DNA of 64,000 nucleotides from Antedon mediterranea (lineage: Eukaryota; Animalia; Echinodermata), in assembly GCF_964355755.1 (NCBI RefSeq), contig NC_092675.1, positions 20,122,912 through 20,186,911 of the forward strand, in the 5' to 3' direction. Below are positions 1-12,000 of the stretch, piece by piece (within the stretch, counting starts at the first letter, position 1; the number at the start of each line of letters is the position of its first letter). Made by a program: the position numbers and the translations under genes. Below the pieces are notes generated by a model that saw nothing but the letters and a program-made list of their open reading frames with translations, was not told where the DNA came from and made no database searches.

Positions 1-2119
1 CGTCGTGCCAAGACGATCAACTATTAGGCCTACTCAAGTCTCCCAACTTTACCATCACCTAGCTTCTAATCTTGATAAACGTAATTCTCCTAAAACCAAT
101 GTTATATTTCTGGATTGGTCCAAGGCCTTTGATAAGATTTCTCATACTCTTCTTCTTCAAAAACTTCACAACTATGGTTTCTGTGGCACTACACTTAATT
201 GGATTTCTTCTTACTTAATTGGTCGGTCACAGAGAGTGCTTTTTAATGGTTCTTCCTCCAAGTAACATCTGGGTTCGACGGGGATCTCTACTAGGCCCTC
301 TGTTATTTAATATTTTTGTTTCGGATCTTCCCTCTACTCTTTAATCTAATATTCTCCAATGCTGATGACACTGTTGTCTTATTCAATCTAACTCTGATTT
401 CCTTATCCTACAATCTGATCTTGACAATATTCTTTCTTGGTCCAACGTAAATAAAATGTCACTTAACATCAATAAATGTAAAGCTATGCACGTTTCTCGC
501 TCTCGAAATCTCACTCTCTACCCTTATACTCTTAATGATATCCGTATATCTCTAAAAGTTGTGTTAGACCGAATATAAATATGTATATTGACACCAAAAG
601 CAAATCTGTACGACAAGTGGTTGTCGAGATATAAGAACCACACATTATTAACCTTTGACCCCGGTTTTGGGCATGTTCGCCCCGGATAGCGAATTTGGCA
701 CATATCCCATGTTGTTCCTTGGGGTCAAATTATCCTATAACAGTTGAGATATTCTCTCCTAATTAAATGCATACAAATCTGACCCAGGTCCTAGACTACT
801 TCTGCCTCCAGGACTTTGATTTATCCGTCGTACTGTTGGTACCAATGACTCTCATTCTCTTCTTCTATTTTACAAATCCTTGTGTCGTCCGATTCTGGAA
901 TATGGTGCTCCTGTGTGGTTTCCACATTTGGCTTCCCATCCTTATCTCCTTGAAAACCTCAACGCATTCTTACAAGATACTTTTTTCAGTGTAAACACTT
1001 TGAACGTCCTACCTACGCGAAAGATTAGCTCTCCTTCATCTTCCTTCTTTGACTTCTCGGATTGATTTCCAAACTATTATCTTTGTTGTCAAATATTTAT
1101 ATTAAAGATGTATTGTCCCTTGAAACACAAAAAAATGAACGTCAAAATATTCTAAATTTAAATTGGCCATATATTAAAGTTATTCACCTTAAGTTGAAAA
1201 TTCGAGCCAAAAACAACAATTTTACGTAATTAACAGCTAAATTAATTTGATTACATTTCATCGGGATAATCGTCCGGAGCGAAAGTAAACAAAGATTTCA
1301 AACCACGAGTATACATTATGCATGATGCTAATTAGGATTGTTTACAACTCGTCACGGATGAGAATGTGTTTTCACACAGATCGCGAGGAAGTTTTATGAT
1401 TATGCATAGGCCTACAGAGTAGCCAAATAAGCGCGTTGCATTATGAGATATGTTTTGATAGAAAACATTGACTGGAAGTCAAAGTTATTTTTTTAACCAA
1501 AAAACGTCTGTATTTCAGTTAAATGATTTCTTTTTCAACTCATTTCTGGTGAAAATTAATAACTGCGATACTTCAAAATGACCAGACACACTTTTTTTCG
1601 ATTTTTTTTTTTTTTTTTTTTTTTTTTGGAATTTGACAAAGGGACAATACATCTTTAATTATTGATCTCGATGTTTCTTCATTTTTTTCTCCTATTTCTC
1701 GTCACAAATTTGATCTTCTATTCAGGCCACCATTTGCTCGAATTGTCTGTTTTCAATCTTCACTTTTCCTAGATTCTTTAAACTTTGGAATGGTCTTCCC
1801 TCAGATTTAAGTGAGCTTGCTCTCCTTGTATTGGCTGAGGTTTCAAGAATTCGATACTAGTCTTCGCCAACACTATGTATTTTGATTTTACCTGGTCCCT
1901 GCTGCATTTTTTTTCCATAACGTCTTAGATTTTAATTAATTTTTTTTTCATCATTTATATTATACTTATATTATATTTTATTTCTGTTAAAGGAAAATCT
2001 TTAAACAGTGATTGGGTTCGCTTTTGACAATCCTTACTTTTTGTTTAATGTTGTATTTTTTAAAGTATTCTGTTGTAATTGTAATGAGCCGATATTGAAT
2101 AAATCAAATCAAATCAAAA
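1..2119 (+). mobile_element. Decayed non-LTR retrotransposon (CR1/L2-group LINE), 3' part of RT ORF plus 3' tail, interrupted by later insertions
   Basis: ORF 5-265 reads FLDWSKAFDKISH..LLQKL..YG..G..LNWISSYL.GRSQRV (RT). Frameshifted continuation gives G.LLGPLLFNIFV.DLP and ADDT (~270-370), FYKSLCRPILEYGAPVW (~865-920) and PRFFKLWNGLP (~1768-1800). It ends in AATAAA plus (AAATC)n at ~2098-2119. Multiple stops and frameshifts. Confidence 0.85.
1106..1654. mobile_element. Non-autonomous DNA transposon with TTAA TSD and AG...CT termini (Kolobok-like), inserted in the LINE
   Basis: TIR AGATGTATTGTCCCT...AGGGACAATACATCT; TTAA at 1102-1105 and 1655-1658; second copy in opposite orientation at 50786-51274. 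Confidence 0.85.
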
Positions 2120-3076
2120 TAATCCCATATCTTCAATACGATAGGCCCTTCTTTATAATAAAATAGAACATTTTATACTATATCTTGCGCTTCACTAAAT
2201 GTTTACTAGGCCTCTGATTATTACAATTAAATTGGTAATACTTTCATTACTAAATTAATAGATAGAATATCAAAACATTATTTAATAACTAGAAGAGCAA
2301 TATTAAAACTAGGCCTACGTCAAAATGTCGTTCAAAACGGTGTGTAAGAAATATTTCTTTACTGTACCCTATGTATTTTAATTGTATTTCTGATAAAAAA
2401 ACATACTCAGATTCAGCTTGCGTGAAATAAAAGTAAATAATATAAAAGCAATGTTTTTTCGGGGAAGTACTGTATATAGAAATCAGAAATTGAAAAACGA
2501 AGTAATAATTAAGATGGCCGGCCGTATTTCAAGAAATGTTTTTTTTTTTAACAACGGTCATCAAGGCAGTGTAAAATCTAAAATGGAACTTTTTAAAAAA
2601 CTTAAACGATTCTTGGACTTTCTGTGTTTAAAACAATTCATTAATATAACGAACGCCGTACGTCTAAACAACCTGGACATTTTAATCCGTGGATTTAGAT
2701 TACCTTATACCGCTTGCGTAAGCCACGCCAGTCTTACGCCATAACGTACGTGTGAACGTACCCTTATGGGTAGGGAACACCTTTTCTATTGTATTGTGAC
2801 TCAATGACGAATCACCAAGCAAGCTCATTCAACCGTAAAGGTGACAAACTAAAATTATACCAAAACAGATGTCGCAGAAGGAAGTTTACTCTGTTTAGAG
2901 TTGGCAGAATTTTAATCTTTTACTGTACAATTATGTGATTTAAATTGTGAATTTTAACAAAGAAATAGGTCAAATTGTATGTAGATGTACTTTAGCTTGA
3001 GAGAGTTCAAATGATCTATTGAGTCGACGCCAAACAATTACTTATTCAACAGTGAGTTCGGCGCTTACATTTAAAG

Positions 3077-6000
3077 ATGGCTGGAGCGTCTTTAGCAACC
3101 GTGTTTATTGTGTTCATTTCCTTCTTACGTTCATCTAATGGTCAGACGAATGCGGTAAATGTTGCAGTGAATAAGCCGATTACAGCATTAATAACTTGTG
3201 GAACTCCACCAGAATCGTTTTACGCCCAAAGTGAAGGATCGAAGCCGGTAACACAGCGACAAGAATCACTTTGTGATTCCTCAAATGCTACTTTTGCTCA
3301 TCCCCCAGAGTTAATGGTTGACCTTAATGATCCAACCACTGGGGACGTATTTACCTGGTGGCAGAGCACCTCAAAGAACATGCTTCATCAGGCTGGCATG
3401 AACAATAATCCTCTTCCTGAAGCAACAATAACTTTAAATCTACTGGAGGTAATTTGTCAGATATAGTAATTGATCATTTTATATACGTACCGCAGATAAT
3501 TAATTTGTCTATAAATTTAAAAAGCCTCAATAAATCGCACTAGAACTTAATATCAATATAAAATTTAATGACAAAAAGAGAGATCGACGTTTCGGTACCA
3601 TCATAGAACCATTTTCAAGATCAAGTGAATACAAAACAATAATAATTATGTGCACTAAGCACCAAAGTTGGTGACAGGAAATGCTAATTTGGGGCTAATT
3701 AAGTAATTAGCTCCTCCTACTGAGTTAGATAAACAATTTAGCTTTGATGGAATCCGATTGTTTATTGAATGTAGGCTAGAACTTAATAATAATAATAATT
3801 AAAAACCAGGAGATAAATTTTACATGCCCAGTTTCTCATGCAGTACCTGGAACCTAATACAGATTCAGGTTTTAGCGTCAAATTCGTGACGCCTATCTAA
3901 TATTTTATAAAATGTGACCCAACCCTGAATTTCAAAGTGCGGCGCGATTACCGTTGCTTACTAAAGTCTTCTATCAAAATATAAACAAAGTGTCAATCCT
4001 GACATTGGTAAGCAAAATGAGTTGAGAGGTTACTGAGGTTTTTAAAACTCCACAATCTTTTTTTTTGTCATCGCTAAAACAGATGGAAACTGCACAATTT
4101 CTATTCTGAATTTAAATTTCACAAAATTTCCTATGTTTAGTAAGTCATTTTGCCAGGGAAATAAATGGATTTGATAGACCATTTATTATAAAGTTATTTG
4201 GCAACAATGTTATATTAGAATCAATTGAAATAGAGACCTAATTCATACAATTATATTTTATAGTTCCATAATATAGAGAAAAAAGATGAGGTAGTCTTTT
4301 TAGGGGGTCTATGGATTTTAAACAGGTTACTTAAATCACAGTAATGATATGCTCTGTGGTTTTAAATCACTTGTGGCATTCTGTTACTAAGGAACAATAA
4401 CAACAAACGTTATGCACGAGTGTAGATATACAATGCAATTTATATACAATTTATTTTATTACTATTTACTATTCATAGTAAAAAAAATATTTAAAATCGT
4501 TAACACTTGTATATTTATTTGTTTGTTTAGATTTATTTCAGCATTTTTTTATTTTAATGTAACCATCATTTTCTATTTCAAACGCATCCAACAGTGAGCA
4601 ACTTGCCTGCTATTACAGGACTTTTTTATTAAAATATCGTGCTTATAAATAATAGTATGATTTGAGGCTTTGGAGTAGAGTTGAAAGAGTTACAAGCCTA
4701 GTCCTTGGTCAGGATTGAACCCTGGACCTTGTGATTTAACCACCAAGCTACAGCTCCACTATAAATTAAATTGCTGTAATGGTAGCAGTTACAAGTAATT
4801 TGTTTCCAATTTATCATCCGCTTTTTCATTAACAATGTGTTTTATCTGCCGTTTATTTACAATATTTATCATTGTCTACAAAGAAAGATGAAAATTGAGT
4901 TAATTAAAAACTGTACAAACATCAAGGCATGATGCGTCAATTTGAACTCCACCCAGGTACATCTGTTACTGATCAATGAGAGAATGAAAAGCATCCAGTT
5001 TCACAATAGCCTTTACAATATTGATTTTTCTTTTCAATGTGTATGCATTCACTGTCTGTCTTATCAGAATAATGCAGCCTTGATCGTAAACGGTTAGCAT
5101 TAAATTTTTTTAATATGCCTCAGAAAATATTGCAATTCCCATTCCCTACTGTACATTTTTCTAATTTATGGTCACAAACTACATTTAATGTAAAAATAAA
5201 TACTATATGGTCCTACTGCGATAACTTTTTCAGCTTTAAACGGTTAAAAATGTTAAAATAAGTCGATTCTAATCATTTAAGCAGCCCGATATTTTTGTTT
5301 TTCTTCTGTGAAACATTTTTTTTATGTGGGAAAATATAAATTATGATATATATTATTTATTTCTGTTTTAGTAGGATGGTAAAATTGTTTTGTTTTTTTA
5401 GAAAAACTTTTAAAGGACTATCATTTATTTAATGATGGTGGTTACCTAAATGTAATTATTATTTTACAATTTTTGTGGAATATGACCATTTCAGTTTTTT
5501 AAATAGGAAATATTTGTTCCAAAATTTACAATTTTTAGAAGGGAGAAAGATCTTTTGGTGAGTAATTAAAAAAAAAATCATTTACAGTTATATTGTGGTG
5601 TATGTTTTTTTTTAGAGTTACCTTGTTGACTATATCAGCATTCAGATGGGAGACTCAGTCCGTCCAACTAGGATGACATTGCTAAGTTCTCTAAATGGAA
5701 TTACATTCAGGACTTGGGAACATAAAGTCACAACCATTAGTGACTGCATAGATCAGTTTGGTGTGCCGCAAAAAACCATTGCAGATAGTGAGAATGCAGT
5801 TCTGTGTTCATCGTATGGACGAACCGAACAAGCACAATACGAGATCGTAAGATCCAAGATTCTTTCTTTTTTCAGATGTGTTAATTTTCTAAAGCGTGAC
5901 ATTAAAATGACATATTCAACAACAAAAATTGTAAAAATTATTTTAAAAACATGAAAACTGGTTAAAAAGGTCAATTTGCAGTTTTAATAAAGTTATTCAT

Positions 6001-9000
6001 TTCTAAAAAAAAATACTTCACTTATAAAAAGACCAAAGAAACATTTAATTTTAACCAAAAACTATTGTCTGACAGACAATTTAAGTAATTTTTGCTTTAA
6101 ATTACACTTTATCAGGTAAGTAATTTTTTTTTGCTCAAGTTTTTGGTCAAAGTGAATAACTATTATGTGACATTAAAATGGCATATTCAAACAAATATAT
6201 TTTTTAGGGGGAAAATATATCTTTAATTTAAAATATCAGCATTTGCAACCATATGATAATAATCCATTATACTGTATTTTCATGAATTTTTGTAGAAAAA
6301 TAAAAATATTTGCCCATTTTTTGGAAATTTATCAAACTATCAGATGTGTTTAGTCTGGACTGGACTATACTGAATTGACAAATTATTTCCAGGAAAATAT
6401 AAAGGCAATTTCAACCAAATGTTTAACATGTCAGAAATGATAAAGAACTTGTGTCGTCTTATTTTTGGTTATTCTAAACATGGAGGAATTATAAATAATA
6501 ATTCCTCCACGTATTGGCAGGTCTGTGTTTAGTTTTATTGTTGAAATGATAGTTGTACACATAAACAATCATCAACTGCACTACCCCTAGGATCAATAGC
6601 ATAAAAGATATAGCAATGATTCGAACAATAGCAGAAAACAGACAGGACTGGAGGAAAGCAATCCGAGATATAAAGCAAAGCAGCCGAGGTGGGAAAGTTA
6701 TCAGACTATCTGGCAATAAACAACAACACATACAGTATTGTTTTGTGTGAAAAGTGTGATTCAATTTCAACAAAGCCTACTACCTTTACAATCCTCTAAT
6801 TGTCATTTAAGTTGTGAGAATATTTAGTTTGCAACATATGAAAACAATTGTTTAATCTTGTTGTATTGATTGTCTAGAATCCTGTGCAATAGACATACAT
6901 TGTACCTGTGTTAATATTGTCATTTAAATATTGGAGTATTTAGCAATTGAATGATGCAGTGACAAAATCATTAGTCCTACAATTGAGCCCAACTAATTAA
7001 AAACATGTATTATACTATATGAACAATGCATAATAATGCCTAAAATAACTTTGTATGTATATTGAAAACATTGAATCTAAGAAAAAATATTACTTTCCAA
7101 ATGTATTGAATATAATATGTGTATATACATACAAAATATTAAATAATAAATTAAATTTAAGATATATTGTCCCCCTAAATATTTCTTCTTTTTTTTGTGT
7201 TGAATATGCCATGTCACATAAGAGTAATTCACTTTTACCCAAAACTGGATCGAAAAAAAAAATTAATTTCCTTAAAAAATGTAATTTAAAGCAAAAAATA
7301 CTTAAATTGTCTGTCAGGCAATAATTTTTACTTTTAGTTCAAATAAAATTAATACATTTTTTTTGTATTTTAATAATTGATTTAATATTAATAATAATTG
7401 TTTGTTTACAGAAGTGAATAACTTGATTAAAACTGCAAAATTGCCTGGTTTGATTAATCTTCAATTAACAGGTTTTTTTGTGGGATAATGCATCTATAAG
7501 TATTCTAACAATACCAAAATAAAAGAATTTGTTGATTATTTTTTTTTTGCGATTGAATTCAGTAAATATTAATGATGATGCATTCATACAAATTCTTCAA
7601 TTATCACATCTTCTGTATATCTGTATTTCAGATCCAGTTTACAATGCCAGTCGCCGAAGAGTTTACAGAATGGAAACGTGCAAGATACATTCGTTTTGAT
7701 TTTTTTGCAATGAACCTCAAATTTGGACTTTTGTCAGGGGATATATTTGTAAGTCTAGGTTTATATTTGTAAGTCTAGGTTTATACATAGAGATAATATT
7801 ATAGTAGTGTATATAACATACACCATCATCATGGTGAATTCCTTCTCCACTGAGACTCTATTTACAGCTCCTGCTACTGAATAATATCTATGGTTTATGA
7901 GTTGTATTGACAAATATTAACAAAATCGTTATTTATACCCCTTTGTGTTCTATATGATAAGCTAATTGACATTTTTCTGATCCAAATATTTCACGCAATA
8001 TGTTCATTATGGACTAAAATCTATTTTCATTTAAATGACTGGTTAGTTTGCTAACTAAATTTCATATAAACCATTGCATATGGAATAATATATTCAGTAG
8101 TAGTATGTTACATTGGATCTCATGAAATTTTGTTATCGTTAGTCTTCCTGAAAACTGTACATTTTATTAAATGTTTCACAAATTTCTAAATTTGATGACC
8201 TATTCAATTTTAAATTTCAGTCTGTTTTTTTTTATAAAACAATTATCTACAATTTTTTAAGATGACATATTTAACATCACACATTAACATTTATTGCTAC
8301 AGGGTGATAACATAAGATGTAAATTAACACTAAATTTGCATTTTTCAATATCATAAACAAACTTAAAAATTATCATATATTCTCTCAGAATTGTTTTTTT
8401 ATATTCTGTATTGATTTTAGACATCAGGTTTTCTAAGAATGGTGGACTGCCTGTAAATCGATATTTGAAAATTAGTTTAATCTAATGATTACACAGACCA
8501 TAAGTATAGCATAGACCTCTTTAAAGATAACCACATACTGTATTACAGTTATAGTATATGATAGAAGACTCTACAGATAGCAGTGCTTAATATAATGTCC
8601 ATTAATTTACACTTGTTTGTAATTTTAAGACTTTCTTTGTATTGAAAATGTAAAAAAAATGAACAACTTATCTATTTCTCTAATTACAGCACCATTATAC
8701 TGTACGAAACATTGTAGTAGAGGCTCAATGCGAGTGTAATGGTCACGCCAACGACTGCGCACTACAATTTGACGAAGAATCTGAAAACGATAGGTATCAG
8801 TGCGTGTGTGGGGGTAACACGGGCGGATTCAGCTGCGACCAGTGCTTACCTTTCTTTAACCAGTTACCTTACCAACAAGGATTTACTAATTTTGCTTGTT
8901 TAGGTAACTTTTTTAAAAGATGTATTGTCCACCTGAAAAAATAATTCTTCAAATTTGTTTGTTGAATATGCCATTTTGTCACATAATAGTTCTGAAACAA

Positions 9001-12000
9001 ATGTAATTTTTAAAAAAATTGTCAAATTGGCTGCCAGCCAATGGGCTTTTGATTGAATTTAACCATTTATTTTGTCATTTTATCAGTGAAAATTTGTTTT
9101 CGTTTTTTTTTCTATGAAAGTGATTGACTTTATTAAAACTACAAAGTCTGATTTAATTCATCTTCATTTTTCATGTTTTTTCTGGGACAATACATTTTTA
9201 ATGGTTTAATTATTGATATTTAGTTTGAATATTAAATATAATATGGCTCTTACAATTTTTGTTTAGTGTACTGTATGCTGTTGTTTTTGGTTTATTTTAA
9301 TGAATGAAGCATCATAAAATCATTTTTTTTTCATTTGTCATATCTGTTTAGGTGGTCAATGCTTACAGTAATTTTTACTTATTTTGATCTCTCTCACACA
9401 TTGTTATCCTTTTCTTTTATTAATAAAAACTCTCTTGCACTTTATTATTTATGAATGTTGAACTTTTTTCACAGAGTGTAACTGTTTTTGGCATAGTGAA
9501 GAGTGTTACTATGATCCAGTAGTAGGAGCTGTAAATGGGAGTCTAAGTGGAGAAGGAATTTACCATGGTGGCGGTGTGTGTCTGGATTGCAGGAATAACA
9601 CAGCTGGTTAGTAGGCCTACCAATCATAGATTGTCTTTAAGTCTGTCCAGGGAGTAACAACTCTCTGGTCTGTCTTTCTCTGGTGTATATATGAGGCTCA
9701 GATTCTGATTAGTACTACCAATGAATACCCCTACCAATGACCCAGCTTGGGTTACAGGACTGCCTATTATTACCTCCGCCAAGGAGGTTATATTTTCACC
9801 CCTGTATGTTTGTGTGTGTGTTTGTGTGTGTGTCTGTGAACAGCCTGAAGGCCACAGTTTTCATCCGATTCTCACCAAATTTGGCCACAATGATCTGTAC
9901 CCCAAAAGCTCGGACGAGTTCGAATTTGAGGGGAAAAGGTCAAGGTCACAACTAACAAAAAACTATTTTACTGCCTACTTTTTATCGGATTCTCACCAAA
10001 CTTAGCCATGACTCATCATATAATTGTGGTTAAATTTTGAAGGGTCAGAGTCGAAGATCAAGGTCCACAAAAAAAAGAAATAAAAAAATAATAATAAAAA
10101 AAAAAACCTCAGCGGGATTTGAACCAGCGATCTCAACTGTGAGAGGCTGGATACATAACCATTACACCAAACACTCATCCACAACTTTGTAGTGTGCAGT
10201 TAGCCTATTTACACTTAGAACTAATAAAAAAAAATTTAAAAAAATATATATATTTTCCGGGGACATTTAATGTAAGGGAATTTTACAGTAGGCGGAGGTT
10301 TGTACTCTCGGAGTACCCTCTAGTTTAATATTAATTCATTAATTAATTATAAATAAATAACATTTAAAAAAAAAAAAGAAATAAAAAAATAATAATAAAA
10401 AAAAAAATCTCAGCGGGATTTGAACCAGCGATCTCAACTGTGAGAGGCTGGATACATAACCATTACACCAAACTCTCATCCACAACTTTGTAGTGTGCAG
10501 TTAGCCTATTTACACTTAGAACTAATAAAAAAAAATTTAAAAAAATATATATATTTTCCGGGGACATTTAATGTAAGGGAATTTTACAGTAGGCGGAGGT
10601 TTGTACTCTCGGAGTACCCTCTAGTTTAATATTAATTCATTAATTAATTATAAATAAATAACATTTAAAAAAAAAAAAGAAATAAAAAAATAATAATAAA
10701 AAAAAAAACCTCAGCGGGATTTGAACCAGCGATCTCAACTGTGAGAGGCTGGATACATAACCATTACACCAAACTCTCATCCACAACTTTGTAGTGTGCA
10801 GTTAGCCTATTTACACTTAGAACTAATAAAAAAAATTTAAAAAAATATATATATTTTCCGGGGACATTTAATGTAAGGGAATTTTACAGTAGGCGGAGGT
10901 TTGTACTCTCAGAGTACCCTCTAGTTTAATATTAATTCATTAATTAATTATAAATAAATAACATTTTTAAAATAATAAATAGTTTTTAACATATATAAAT
11001 TATAATGGCTTAAGTTGCCGGTCTCTCACGCAAAGGCAATGCATATGTCAACTTCAGTCAATGACGGCCTGATGTTCTCAATCGAGAATGGCTAAATATA
11101 AAAACAAGAACTATAATATCTCTATGGTAGTAGTTGGGCTACTAAAAATTGTTTACAAAAAATGTTAATTCGCATACAGTTAAAATATTCAAGTATTATG
11201 ATACAGCAGTATACATCGCCATCGCAATGAAACACTATTGAATACTTGTCTTCCTCTCTGACTAGTGTGACAAATTCTCTACAAATTTGCTGTCTAATCT
11301 TCAGCATAGTGGAATTGCGGGCAGCTATTATAGTCGGTTTTCCTTTTAAAATTCTGATGATCTATTAAAAACTACTATTAAACCTTTCTTTCATGGCCTT
11401 CCAAGTAATCACACCTTCCTTTTATTTCAGGAATTAATTGTCAGAGTTGCACAGAGTTTTATTACCGTCCAATCACAAGTCTTCAAATTCAGGAGGATGC
11501 CTGCCAGCCATGTGATTGTTTTCTTGACGGAACAAGAGAAGATCCAGGCGTAGGACTAATCAAAGGTCATTGTGTCACAAACAATGATACATTGCTTCCA
11601 ATTGGACTGGTAAGGAATCTTATACTAAATCAGGAATTGGTTTTTAATTATTTGTTGATATTGCACCACTAAGTCCATGCAATAGTCCATGGTAGGCTAC
11701 AGTGATTTCGCGCCATTAAGTCCATGCAATATTCCATTGTAGGCTACAGTGATGGATCGCGCCAGTAAGTCCATGCAATAGTCCATGGTAGGCTATAGTT
11801 AATTCCAACACTCCGTTATGCAATAAACTCCTATAACACTTAAGCCAGATGTCTGCTTTTCGGGACTGTTTTTTTTTTTTTAGAATGCATTTCATTAAAG
11901 CTTGGTTCCCACTAGGACGTAGTGCAAGTATTTTGACCAATCACAAGCAATGGATTATTCAAACTTTTGCTTTTCATTGTTAAAATTACTTGTATAATAA

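Noticed and set aside
2418-2744. 108-aa ORF upstream of the laminin gene
   Set aside because: Non-ATG start, AT-rich composition, no recognisable motif; probably a chance ORF in promoter DNA.
9721-10005. ORFs with CVCVCV runs
   Set aside because: Translations of the (GT)n microsatellite inside the Helentron-type element.
10107-10183. Functional tRNA gene (also the heads at 18973, 18598, 21390 and 63320)
   Set aside because: A and B boxes are present but acceptor stems are poor and each runs into repeat body; they are SINE or transposon modules.
10066-10966. Regular repeats (also 22749-23365, 35300-36115) as a CRISPR-like array
   Set aside because: No unique spacers, no cas genes, eukaryotic intronic context; these are plain tandem repeats.
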